Part shown: positions 50,389 through 60,162 of the stretch, piece after piece
How positions within the stretch are numbered: position 1 is the first letter of the stretch
How the letters are laid out: each line of letters opens with the position of its first letter
Source: a bacterium
Lineage (GTDB): Bacteria > Zhuqueibacterota > Zhuqueibacteria > Residuimicrobiales > Krinioviventaceae
Direction: 5' to 3'
Length of the DNA stretch: 64,000 bases
Assembly: GCA_963693055.1 (NCBI GenBank)
Contig: OY843751.1
Coordinates: 288,001 to 352,000, forward strand
Position numbers and translations under genes: made by a program
Notes under the pieces: model-generated
The model's input: only the letters and a program-made list of their open reading frames with translations
The model's database searches: none
Told to the model about the DNA's origin: nothing

Positions 50389-52992
50389 TTATTTACAATA
50401 TTCATTAATAGCAGATTGTGCATATTTATAACCAAGATCCAGAGCAGTTTGTAAATCTGAACAACCTTCCTTGTTATTTCCAATTTTGAAATGAACAAGC
50501 CCTCTTTTGTAAAATGCCGCTGCAAATTTAGGATTTAATTCAAGAACAATATTATAATTTTTGAGTGATTCTATATACTGTTCCATCTGATATTTTGCCT
50601 CAGCCCGATTATAGTATGCCTCAATATCTTTGGGATTAAGCTGAATGCATTTATCGAAATCTGTTACTGCGTTAGTATAGTCTTGAATATTCATTTTCGA
50701 AACGCCTCTTGCCAGATAGATATCAATATTTTTCGGGTTTAGCATCAGGCTTTGATCGTAATCATTAATGGCCAGTTGATAGTTTTCTGATCTCAGATAA
50801 GCGTCGCCTCGCATATGGTAAAGAACAGCGTTACCTGGTTTGGCGTCAATTGCCCGGGTATATGCTTTGGCTGCATCGGCGAATTTGCCGGTCTGCATAT
50901 TAATATCACCCAGGTGCTGGTTGGCGAGTAAGAATTTGGGATTCAGTTGCAGCGCTTTGTTCAAATCACCCACTGCAGCGTCAAGTTTTCCTAGATATCT
51001 TTTAGATATCGCACGATTTGTCCAATATGCTGCACTATCTGGTTCAAACTTTATTGCTTTATCAAAGTATTCTATCGAGGTTTCATATTGTTTACGCATG
51101 GCATAGCTGACACCAATTGCAGACCAGATATATGAATTTTTAGGGTCAATTTTTAATGCTTTATTAAAATACTCTTCAGCGCCTTTAAAGTTTTTCATTT
51201 GTATATAGATTTCTGCCAAATCTTTATAGACATCTGTAAATTCGGGATTCAATTTTAATGTTTTATTTAAATCATCAATGGCATCAAGCATTTTTCCAGC
51301 TCTTTTATAAGCAACTGACCTGGAATACCAATTGCCGTAATCTTGAGGATTTTGGTTTATTGCATCGGTATATGATTTGATCGCTTCGTCATATTTGCCA
51401 TAATAAAGAGCAACGTGTCCAACACGTAAGGGATAATTACTGCTATCAGAAAAAATATCTACCATTTTGTCCCAGGATTCACTTTTTCTATTAACAAATT
51501 CTGGTATATTGATAGCACGATTTTCTAAAATTAAATTTTCCAATAGTACCGCAGGTGTGTCATTGCCGTTTTCATCTATATGAGTAAGATAGAGTTGGGT
51601 GTAAGGGCCTCTTTCTTTGGAAGCAAATACTAACCATTTACCATTTGGTGACCAAGAGTGCCAGGAATTCATGGTTGTATTATTACAAATCATCTCTCTG
51701 GGTTCTCCGCCTTTAGCCGGCATTATCATTAATTTACTGTCTGGTTGAAGCAGCATAAAGTTTTCCGCTTGCGAAAATACAATCCATTTTCCGTTGGGAG
51801 AAGGTTTAGCAAAAAAATTACTCTTGTTATTGTTTGAGGCACCTTTAATAGGTATTGCTTTGCCACCTTTTCCATTATTGAATGGGATTTTATAAAGATC
51901 AAATTTAAACTCTTTTTCTCCGCTTATAAATTCTTCAGCAGCTTCTGTTGGTATTACAGCTGTTTTGTACTGTTCAATTTTTTCTGAACGATATGCTTTT
52001 GCCCGTGCAAAAATAAGGTGCTTGCCATCAGGAGACCAGACAGGATTTGACTGACAATACTGTGGATTACTGGCACCGGGCAGAGGGAAATATTTTTGTG
52101 TTTGTCGATCATATATTACAATTCTTCCTTTGATTGGGAAAAACAGTTGTGAAAATGCCAGATCATCTTTGGCTACAAAAATGGAACGGTCTTTAACGGT
52201 ACTAGCTACATAACGCCCATCTGGAGAAATTTGTGATAATAATCCAAAAGTTGTTTCTCCGTCATCTCGTTTGTAATCACTCCAGGTAATTATTTTATCT
52301 AACGTTAATGGAGTTACTTTTTCAATCTCGGATATAACATAAGATCCCTTGTCATTGGCATAATCCACATCCATAGCCATTGTCTCTCCATCACGTGTAA
52401 AAGAGTGACAATTACCGCAAATTGGCAGATTTTCTAACAGTACTTTAGATTCGCCATCTTGAGAGATATCGCCCAGCCGGTATCTGATGGAATTCAGATT
52501 TTTGAGCGCATGTTTAAAAGGTAATGGCACGTCACGATAAAATATTGCCGCATTTACAGAATCTTTTGATGTGCTGATGACAACACTGGAACCGGATACG
52601 ATGGATGATCCATTTATTCCTAGAATGGCTACCTGAAGATTCTGCTCAATTGATTGGGATTTGATCTGTTCCCACTGTACTGAGTCTGGCCGCCATTGCT
52701 GCTGCTCTGTAAATATATTGATTGATTGTTCATTCAAGTTTATTGAAACCAGCCATTTATCTGCTTGCTCTATCTCATCTTTCCACAGAAAGGTAGGTGC
52801 TACAATTTCAGGAGGAAATACAGTGTTATTTGCAGGATAGGAAATATAAAGATTACCCTTTAAATTTTTATTTTTCTGCCAATTTTCTATAACCTTATTA
52901 TTGCTGTTTTGACAGTAAAATAATTGAGACATGAATAAAATAGTGCATGTAAATATACATAAAATGATCTTTTTGGATTTAGTTAACTTCAA
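50389..52992 (-). CDS. TolB-like PD40 beta-propeller plus TPR-repeat protein with a CxxCH motif
   Basis: YP-x-x-NTVFPPEIVAP, CGNCHSF, WSPDG/WSPNG repeats, about 10 TPRs; TTG start after GGAGG. Confidence 0.85.
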   Translation of the reverse strand: MKLTKSKKIILCIFTCTILFMSQLFYCQNSNNKVIENWQKNKNLKGNLYISYPANNTVFPPEIVAPTFLWKDEIEQADKWLVSINLNEQSINIFTEQQQWRPDSVQWEQIKSQSIEQNLQVAILGINGSSIVSGSSVVISTSKDSVNAAIFYRDVPLPFKHALKNLNSIRYRLGDISQDGESKVLLENLPICGNCHSFTRDGETMAMDVDYANDKGSYVISEIEKVTPLTLDKIITWSDYKRDDGETTFGLLSQISPDGRYVASTVKDRSIFVAKDDLAFSQLFFPIKGRIVIYDRQTQKYFPLPGASNPQYCQSNPVWSPDGKHLIFARAKAYRSEKIEQYKTAVIPTEAAEEFISGEKEFKFDLYKIPFNNGKGGKAIPIKGASNNNKSNFFAKPSPNGKWIVFSQAENFMLLQPDSKLMIMPAKGGEPREMICNNTTMNSWHSWSPNGKWLVFASKERGPYTQLYLTHIDENGNDTPAVLLENLILENRAINIPEFVNRKSESWDKMVDIFSDSSNYPLRVGHVALYYGKYDEAIKSYTDAINQNPQDYGNWYSRSVAYKRAGKMLDAIDDLNKTLKLNPEFTDVYKDLAEIYIQMKNFKGAEEYFNKALKIDPKNSYIWSAIGVSYAMRKQYETSIEYFDKAIKFEPDSAAYWTNRAISKRYLGKLDAAVGDLNKALQLNPKFLLANQHLGDINMQTGKFADAAKAYTRAIDAKPGNAVLYHMRGDAYLRSENYQLAINDYDQSLMLNPKNIDIYLARGVSKMNIQDYTNAVTDFDKCIQLNPKDIEAYYNRAEAKYQMEQYIESLKNYNIVLELNPKFAAAFYKRGLVHFKIGNNKEGCSDLQTALDLGYKYAQSAINEYCK

Positions 52993-53031
52993 AACTCAAT
53001 ACCTCCAAGTTTAAAATTGACTGTGTACTTG

Positions 53032-54201
53032 TTAAAAATCTGCTATTCCTTCAATTTCTACAGTCAAATTATTACGGCAAATATCAGATACAAGAAACAA
53101 TGCAGGGATTTCTTTATAATATTTGTTACATATATTTTTTACTAAAGGAATATCACTCTTGTTTTTAACATAAACCCTTAAATATGAGGGTCCTTTTAAA
53201 CTATCGCGAATTGAAACACCGTGTGCTTTTAGATTATCAATTGAAATCAGTTTGTTTATATTTTGCAAAGTAGCAATTGTTTGATCAGAAACAGTGTTTT
53301 CTTGGATTGTATATTGACCTATTATTGCTGCTGTACCTGAAATGAAAATTTGATTTACAGACTCGTTAGACACTACTTTTGCACGTTCAAATTTTGGACG
53401 GGTTTTATTTGCAGCATTTTTACCTACCAGAACGTTTTCTGAATACTGGTGCGCGTCTATCTGGTTTGGATTTTTTATAGGATGGATTGAAATGTTTTTT
53501 GCAAAAGAGATTGCAATAAAATCGAGGATAACTCCACCAACATTCATACCTATTCCGGTTGCTGCAGGATACCCGTTATTAAAAGAGCTTTTAGCATAAA
53601 AAGTAGATCTGACGTTATTAAATATTTGATAATTTTGTTCTATTTTCTGGTCGCTGGTTTTAACATCTAGAATTTTTTCTATGTAATTCCATTGGCGAAC
53701 AATGTTGCTAAAATCCAATCCCTCGTTTTGTAAAATTAATTCCATTTTATTAAACGCGTTTTGGGATTGCTCTGAAATTCCACTGTTCAGATCAGACATT
53801 GTCAGTCCGGTTGCATAAACTTCTTTCATGTCAGTATTCTGGACGACCACATACTTTATATTTTTAACTTTTTTTTGCAGGATCTGATAGCCATCAGCTT
53901 TTTCAGCAACAATAATTTCTAATGCTAAATGTTTATTTTCTTCTGGCGGTTGACCTACAAAACTGGTCGGGGGTGTGGAAGAATTGAAATTTGTGTCTAA
54001 AATTTTTGCCAGTTGTTTTTTTATTTCAAGATAACTGGTATTATTTTCTGCATTAACGAATATCGTTTGTTTGAGAATGTCGCTATTATCTAAATATAAC
54101 GATTTTAAAGTTTTTTCTAATTGTAACAGGCAGTTCTTGAATTGTTCATCTACCGTTTCGCCTTTAGTTGGGATAAATCCAAAACACTTTTTCTTAATCA
54201 T
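53032..54201 (-). CDS. Tandem Rid (YjgF/L-PSP) protein, FkbO/Hyg5 chorismatase-like
   Basis: VRQWNYI, NYQIFN, YPAATGIG, FERAK, ISGTAAI, DICRNNLTVEIEG. Confidence 0.8.
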   Translation of the reverse strand: MIKKKCFGFIPTKGETVDEQFKNCLLQLEKTLKSLYLDNSDILKQTIFVNAENNTSYLEIKKQLAKILDTNFNSSTPPTSFVGQPPEENKHLALEIIVAEKADGYQILQKKVKNIKYVVVQNTDMKEVYATGLTMSDLNSGISEQSQNAFNKMELILQNEGLDFSNIVRQWNYIEKILDVKTSDQKIEQNYQIFNNVRSTFYAKSSFNNGYPAATGIGMNVGGVILDFIAISFAKNISIHPIKNPNQIDAHQYSENVLVGKNAANKTRPKFERAKVVSNESVNQIFISGTAAIIGQYTIQENTVSDQTIATLQNINKLISIDNLKAHGVSIRDSLKGPSYLRVYVKNKSDIPLVKNICNKYYKEIPALFLVSDICRNNLTVEIEGIADF

Positions 54202-54474
54202 CTCCGTAACCTCTTACTACTTGATATGCCATTCAGTCGAATATTCATGTAAGCGTTGCGATGCAATGCTTTTAATTTTATATTAAGCAGCTTGTTTCAT
54301 TCATATTATACAAGAATCAGTGGCTCTTTATTAGGGCCAGAAAATAGTTTGACACTTTTTTTACTTTTCAAAACATCCTTTTATAAAACGCAAAAGATAA
54401 TAATTAAAGAAACAACATTGGAGTTCGTCCTTTTATCCATTCATGTTGTTTTTTCAAGTATCATCCTTTGTATT

Positions 54475-54557
54475 AAAACCTAATGACTGGAACATGTGAC
54501 TCATTAGGTTTTGATTTTTAATATTTAAACGAGGAGCAATTTTTTGCTCCTCGTTTA
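54475..54557 (-). terminator. Two tandem stem-loops downstream of the triple-repeat gene
   Basis: TAAACGAGGAGCAA/TTGCTCCTCGTTTA (54526-57) and AAAACCTAATGA/TCATTAGGTTTT (54475-512). Confidence 0.65.
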
Positions 54558-54583
54558 TTGTAAAGCTTAATTTAACAATGAAT

Positions 54584-57469
54584 TTATTTAATCAAAGTAA
54601 CCTTTTGTACTGAATTAAAATGGCTTGCTTGCATTTTGACAAAATAAATTCCGGAGGAAATGTTGTTACCAGCATCGTTAAGACCATCCCATACCATATC
54701 ATAGGTACCGGCTGTTTTATATTCATTAACCAGCGTACGGATTTTTTGACCCATAACATTATAAATATCAACAGATACCATGTTAGATACCGGGATTGTG
54801 TAGCGAATTGTGGTGCTGGGATTAAATGGATTTGGATATGCATTATAAAGCGTATAAGAAGCAGGAATTCTTTCTTTATCCAAATCTTCAATACCGGTTG
54901 TAAAGCCTTCACGTGGTTTGAAACCGGATGTGAAATATACTGCATCAATTTCCCATGTAGCCCGTTCAGGATTGATCCCATAAGGACCCCACAGGTTGTC
55001 AGCAGATTCCCAATATTGATCTTTGAGGGATTCACTTGCAGGTTTGGTGAACCATTTAAGGGTACGAACCTCAGAAGTTCTGAAAGCCACATCTTCACGA
55101 CTATCAGCAGATGAGCCTTCCCATGCTAAACTCCATGGCAGGATTGCATCAACAGCAGCAGAGTCTGACATTGTCAGGAATTTCCATGGCAAACTAACAT
55201 ATTGCCATTCGCCGGTAAAGTGTCTGTCTCTTACGACTGCCAATTCACCTAATTCATTAATATCAATTACGGTTTCACCATCGATAAACGCATTAACAGT
55301 TTCCTGTTTGTCGCCAGAGTAGGTGGTACCATCATAATCTGGTTGAAAACCCTGTACCAGGAACCACAGTGGAGCTGTACCTGGTTCAGCTTTGATCCAG
55401 AAACTTACCCGATCAGTTTCACTGGCGTCAAAAGGAACGTTGTAACCCGCTACAGGAGCATCTTCGCGGCGTAAATCCAACCAGCAATTGTCAGACGGAA
55501 TGCGTTCTCCACCAATACTAATGGTCATGGAATAAGGACCACTTGCAGGATTGTCAGAGTTGATTAACATCCAGTCTTCTGCATTTTGAACACACCAGCG
55601 AACAATCGTTTCACAGCCGGGTTCAGTTTTGGTTCCGTAACGAACCGGATTACCATTGTTGGTATTGAGTTTTTCCGGATCAGGATCCATCATTGCGTTG
55701 TCCCATACCGCAATTTCTGCAGGATATGATTCACAAGAATTAGATTTTTGGAATTTAATTTCATCAAGTTCCCATGTAGCCCGTTCAGGATTGATCCCAT
55801 AAGGACCCCACAGGTTGTCAGCAGATTCCCAATATTGATCTTTGAGGGATTCACTTGCAGGTTTGGTGAACCATTTAACGGTACGTACCTGATCAACTCT
55901 AAAAGCAACATCATCGCGAGAATCTGCAGATGAGCCTTCCCATGCCAAACTCCAGGGCAGCAATTCAGCAACAGCAGCCGAATCGCTCATGGTTAAGAAT
56001 TCCCATGGCAAACTAACAAATTGCCATTCACCGTTAAAATGATTGTCACGCAATACTTTTAAACCACCATTACCATCTTTAACGATTATGGTTTCACCAT
56101 CGATAAACGCATTAACAGTTTCCTGTTTGTCGCCAGAGTAGGTGGTGCCATCATAATCTGGTTGAAAACCCTGTATCAGGAACCACAGTGGAGCTGTGCC
56201 GGGTTCAGCTTTGATCCAAAAAGTAACCCGGTCAGTATTACTGGCATCAAACGGTACATTATATCCCGCAACAGGAGCATCTTCGCGGCGTAAATCAAGC
56301 CAGCAATTGTCAGACGGAATGCGTTCTCCACCAATACTAATGGTCATGGAATAAGGACCACTTGCAGGATCGTCAGAGTTGATCAACATCCAGTCTTCTG
56401 CATTTTGAACGCACCAGCGAACAATATTTTCAGAACCGGGTTCAGTTTTGGTTCCGTAACGAACCGGATTGCCATTGTTGGTATTGAGCTTTTCCGGATC
56501 AGGATCCATCATTTCATTTGCCCATACATCAACTTCAGGTGTCAAGCAGTCATCAATTTCATCAGTATTAAAAGTGTCAAACATAATTTCATCAATTTCC
56601 CATGTAGCCCGTTCAGGATTGATCCCATAAGGGCCCCACAGGTTGTCAGCAGATTCCCAATATTGATCTTTGAGGAATTCACTTGCAGGTTTGGTGAACC
56701 ATTTAACGGTACGTACTTGATCAACTCTAAAAGCAACATCATCGCGAGAATCTGCAGATGAGCCTTCCCATGCCAAACTCCAGGGCAGCAATTCAGCAAC
56801 AGCAGCCGAATCGCTCATGGTTAAGAATTCCCATGGCAAACTAACAAATTGCCATTCACCGTTAAAATGATTGTCACGCAATACTTTTAAACCACCATTA
56901 CCATCTTTAACGATTATGGTTTCACCATCGATAAACGCATTAACAGTTTCCTGTTTGTCGCCAGAGTAGGTGGTACCATCATAATCTGGTTGAAAACCCT
57001 GTATCAGGAACCACAGTGGAGCTGTGCCGGGTTCAGCTTTGATCCAAAAAGTAACCCGGTCTGTACCACTGGCATCAAACGGTACATTATATCCCGCAAC
57101 AGGAGCATCTTCGCGGCGTAAATCAAGCCAGCAATTGTCAGACGGAATGCGTTCTCCACCAATACTAATGGTCATGGAATAAGGACCACTTGCAGGATCG
57201 TCAGAGTTGATCAACATCCAGTCTTCTGCATTTTGAACGCACCAGCGAACAATATTTTCAGAACCGGGTTCAGTTTTGGTTCCGTAACGAACCGGATTAC
57301 CATTATTGGTATTGAGCTTTTCCGGATCAGGATCCATCATTTCATTTGCCCATACTTTGACAGCATCGACAGTGTTTGTGGTAGTTTTTGATTCTTTGGC
57401 GGACAATGATCCAAACATAAAGAATGTAAAGACGAGTCCACAAAGTACTAGTAGTTTTGTTTTAAACAT
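54584..57469 (-). CDS. Secreted protein with three tandem CBM11/CIA30-like domains (about 275-aa period) and a FlgD-Ig/T9SS-like CTD
   Basis: Signal peptide; 3x (FDAS-x-TDRV-x-FWIKA...GEWQ-x-VSLPW...WE-x-D); NAYPNPFNPST...SGIYF...KVTLIK. Confidence 0.85.
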   Translation of the reverse strand: MFKTKLLVLCGLVFTFFMFGSLSAKESKTTTNTVDAVKVWANEMMDPDPEKLNTNNGNPVRYGTKTEPGSENIVRWCVQNAEDWMLINSDDPASGPYSMTISIGGERIPSDNCWLDLRREDAPVAGYNVPFDASGTDRVTFWIKAEPGTAPLWFLIQGFQPDYDGTTYSGDKQETVNAFIDGETIIVKDGNGGLKVLRDNHFNGEWQFVSLPWEFLTMSDSAAVAELLPWSLAWEGSSADSRDDVAFRVDQVRTVKWFTKPASEFLKDQYWESADNLWGPYGINPERATWEIDEIMFDTFNTDEIDDCLTPEVDVWANEMMDPDPEKLNTNNGNPVRYGTKTEPGSENIVRWCVQNAEDWMLINSDDPASGPYSMTISIGGERIPSDNCWLDLRREDAPVAGYNVPFDASNTDRVTFWIKAEPGTAPLWFLIQGFQPDYDGTTYSGDKQETVNAFIDGETIIVKDGNGGLKVLRDNHFNGEWQFVSLPWEFLTMSDSAAVAELLPWSLAWEGSSADSRDDVAFRVDQVRTVKWFTKPASESLKDQYWESADNLWGPYGINPERATWELDEIKFQKSNSCESYPAEIAVWDNAMMDPDPEKLNTNNGNPVRYGTKTEPGCETIVRWCVQNAEDWMLINSDNPASGPYSMTISIGGERIPSDNCWLDLRREDAPVAGYNVPFDASETDRVSFWIKAEPGTAPLWFLVQGFQPDYDGTTYSGDKQETVNAFIDGETVIDINELGELAVVRDRHFTGEWQYVSLPWKFLTMSDSAAVDAILPWSLAWEGSSADSREDVAFRTSEVRTLKWFTKPASESLKDQYWESADNLWGPYGINPERATWEIDAVYFTSGFKPREGFTTGIEDLDKERIPASYTLYNAYPNPFNPSTTIRYTIPVSNMVSVDIYNVMGQKIRTLVNEYKTAGTYDMVWDGLNDAGNNISSGIYFVKMQASHFNSVQKVTLIK
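54932..57355 (-). repeat. Three near-identical intragenic tandem repeats (periods 828 and 819 bp)
   Basis: Anchor TCCGGATCAGGATCCATCAT at 55674, 56493 and 57321; long identical DNA stretches. Confidence 0.95.
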
Positions 57470-57625
57470 GTTTTCATTTCTCCTAACGTAGCAAATGAGT
57501 AGTAATTATGAATTGATCTGCGTTTCTTTCGAATTATTCGATTTTATCACATTTCAAAACAAAAGATACTTTTTCTTGATCTATATCCGGTTTTGAATTT
57601 TCCGAATTGATCAATCGCTTTTCTT

Positions 57626-57683
57626 ATCACCTCCTTTTAATATTATTATGTAAAGATGAGTGGTCTCTTGTATCACCTCCTTT
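57626..57683 (-). promoter_or_regulatory. Two perfect extended SD motifs without matching start codons (STAB-SD-like)
   Basis: ATCACCTCCTTT on the + strand at 57626-37 and 57672-83, i.e. AAAGGAGGTGAT on the - strand. Confidence 0.55.
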
Positions 57684-57689
57684 GTATTT

Positions 57690-59183
57690 TTAATGAATTT
57701 TATCTATGTATTCTATCAAATGGTCGTTAGTGATTATTGGAAAAAATGGTACAACATATTTATAGGGTTGGTCTTGGTGCATTACCAATAAATCTATAGA
57801 AGAAAGAGAGATATCTTCAAATGTCTTGAAATCTAGTTTGACCTTTTGGTAATATTTTTCCTGTAGTTTGTTGATGTATGGATTCAAGGTTTCGTTCAAT
57901 ATTTCATGATAATTTTTTGCAAAATCTCTGTTCTCTTGAACAGAATCTAAAAATTGGTGTTTTTTATTTAATGCAAAAAAAGTATCCTTCCACATGTTGA
58001 CATTTCTCTCAACAATATTGACTTTGTCATAACCTGCTTTATAAGCTTGTTGGGTTATGAAATGATCTCGAACAAGATCTGCAATAGCGAGACGTAACTG
58101 TTTTGGGAATTCATTGGGATTTACTTTATTGGTTCGGAAAACAAGTGGGTGAAACATGAGTGCATTTCGAAAATCATCAACTGTCCACACGTTGCCATCA
58201 ATTGTGAAAAAGACCTCTTGTAAAAATGCCTCATTGGACATTTCTTGTAAAGATTTTGGATTCTGTTCATCTTCCTGTTGCCATAATTGATTTATGGCAA
58301 TGTCCTTTTTTTCTTCTGATGTTGGGAAATATGAAGCATATAATATATCTGCCATTCTATTGAAAACGTCTTTATTAAAATCCATACGTTTACCACGCAT
58401 AATTTCAGAAACACGATTTTCCCAAATGACACTTGCTTTAATCTCTGTTAGTTTTTCGGTTATCTGATCTAGTCTTTCTCTCTGCTGTTTTTCTGTAATG
58501 ACTTTGGTATCAGTCCAGCCAAGTATTTTGATAAAAAGATAACCGTTTTCATCAAATTTGATTGGAGACAGCACTTGATCTTTGGTAAGGTTTTGTGAAA
58601 ATAAAGTTTGATGCAGTTTTATGTGTTCATCACTGTTCCATTGAACTTTACGAGTTGGTGCATTTTTTTCGCCCGTCATTTGAAAATAAAATTCATCAAA
58701 TTTTTGAGGATTTTGTACCAATTCATCATGTGCTTTTTCTGCAACGGTACTGTCAGTAATTGTGAAATAAGCAACATCATATTCCCGACCTGCAAATTTA
58801 TATGCATTTGTTAGTTCAGTATTGTCTAAAACAACTTTATCTGTAGCTTCAACATGATGCATATACTGACGCATTGCCTGTTCTTTATGTCCTTTGATAT
58901 AGTTTTGAAACTCTATGTTTTCCAGCAAGGGGGAATCACTTTCAGCTTCAATTGCCAGTATTTTTTCCGCAATGAGTGAGTTTAATATGATTTTTTTGTG
59001 AATATATGTATTGGCTTTGCAATAGTCTGGTCTTGGTACATATTCGGCGCGCCGAATAAATTCGTTAACACTAATAGTTGCCTTGCCGTCAATGTCTACG
59101 AGGATTTTTTCCTGAGGCTCTTTTGGTGTTTTGGTGCTGCAAGAAAAAAGTAAAAATATCAATATTAAAATTTTATACTTCAT
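57690..59183 (-). CDS. Lipoprotein, SurA/PPIase-chaperone-like hypothetical
   Basis: LFSC lipobox; ISVNEFIRR...LNSLIAEKILAIEA resembles a SurA N-terminal domain; duplicated architecture. Confidence 0.55.
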   Translation of the reverse strand: MKYKILILIFLLFSCSTKTPKEPQEKILVDIDGKATISVNEFIRRAEYVPRPDYCKANTYIHKKIILNSLIAEKILAIEAESDSPLLENIEFQNYIKGHKEQAMRQYMHHVEATDKVVLDNTELTNAYKFAGREYDVAYFTITDSTVAEKAHDELVQNPQKFDEFYFQMTGEKNAPTRKVQWNSDEHIKLHQTLFSQNLTKDQVLSPIKFDENGYLFIKILGWTDTKVITEKQQRERLDQITEKLTEIKASVIWENRVSEIMRGKRMDFNKDVFNRMADILYASYFPTSEEKKDIAINQLWQQEDEQNPKSLQEMSNEAFLQEVFFTIDGNVWTVDDFRNALMFHPLVFRTNKVNPNEFPKQLRLAIADLVRDHFITQQAYKAGYDKVNIVERNVNMWKDTFFALNKKHQFLDSVQENRDFAKNYHEILNETLNPYINKLQEKYYQKVKLDFKTFEDISLSSIDLLVMHQDQPYKYVVPFFPIITNDHLIEYIDKIH

Positions 59184-59222
59184 GGTAATTAACCAACATT
59201 TTAATAATTGTAATGATTGATT

Positions 59223-59255
59223 TAAATGTCCGATCTAAAAAAGATCGGACATTTA
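59223..59255 (-). terminator. Intergenic stem-loop
   Basis: TAAATGTCCGATCT-aaaaa-AGATCGGACATTTA, 14-bp stem. Confidence 0.65.
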
Positions 59256-59286
59256 TTTAGTTTAATTTATTTGAGTAGCGGTGCAT

Positions 59287-60102
59287 TTATTCAAGTTCCA
59301 AAAAGTAGTTATACCGGTCAGCAACCGCATAGTTGTTCCAAAGACCGCCTTCGGTTGTTAACATTGCGAAAAAGTATCTTGCATTAAAACCATCAACACC
59401 GTCTTTATTTTCAAAATATTCAAAGGTTAATCCATCTCCATTTATCCAGTTAAGAAGAGTAAAACCTCCATCACCTGTAGGTTCATAACGGATACCGATC
59501 CATGTTTCACCCATATCCAGCTCCATCATTGCATTAAAGAGAAAAGAGTGCTCTTCCTGAGTAGCAATGCAAGGTAAATATCCGCCGGCAAGATCACAGT
59601 TGTAATTAGCCTCTGGCCAGGTAATTTTTGAACGAGAGATGTAGTAACAGTGACCGCCGAACCTTCCAAGTAATATGAATATATCGGGATCCGCCCAAAA
59701 TTTGGTTACTACAACCTGCATTTCTTTTTCTGCCTCATTAATGTTGTCTTTTAATGTAAAGCTTGTTGTTGTTCCGCTGTCAGATTTGGCAACAGCATAA
59801 AACGAGTTTGGATCATCAGCAATGGGGAGTATCTCGAAAACACTATTATCTTCAATTGTCCACTGATATTCAGGGTCTTCCAATAGTCGGGTAGTAAGTT
59901 TAAGCAACAATGTATCGCCTTCATTAATATACAGAGAGTCAACTCCATGAGGCTTATCATCCGATTGGTTGATATATATTTCATCTCCTAAAATTTTTGC
60001 CTTGTTGTAATTCAATTCTGGCTCAGTATGGCTATTAAAATCACACGCAACGATTCCAAAGCTAACTATCGCCACAAACAGAATTAAAAACCTATATTTC
60101 AT
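59287..60102 (-). CDS. Lipoprotein with C-type lectin-like domain
   Basis: IVAC lipobox; FGGHCYY...TWPEANYNC...GGYLPCI...EEHSFL...WIGI...WINGD...WNN. Confidence 0.85.
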   Translation of the reverse strand: MKYRFLILFVAIVSFGIVACDFNSHTEPELNYNKAKILGDEIYINQSDDKPHGVDSLYINEGDTLLLKLTTRLLEDPEYQWTIEDNSVFEILPIADDPNSFYAVAKSDSGTTTSFTLKDNINEAEKEMQVVVTKFWADPDIFILLGRFGGHCYYISRSKITWPEANYNCDLAGGYLPCIATQEEHSFLFNAMMELDMGETWIGIRYEPTGDGGFTLLNWINGDGLTFEYFENKDGVDGFNARYFFAMLTTEGGLWNNYAVADRYNYFLELE

Positions 60103-60162
60103 TGTGCCTCCTATATCTATTATTAACTCTTGTTACAAGAGTAATCAATTATTGGATGGTTA

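Noticed and set aside
54592-56799. Repeated alternative-frame and antisense ORFs inside the triple-repeat gene; also a DGR template/variable repeat pair
   Set aside because: The ORFs are by-products of the tandem repeats; the differences are not adenine-specific and no reverse transcriptase is present.
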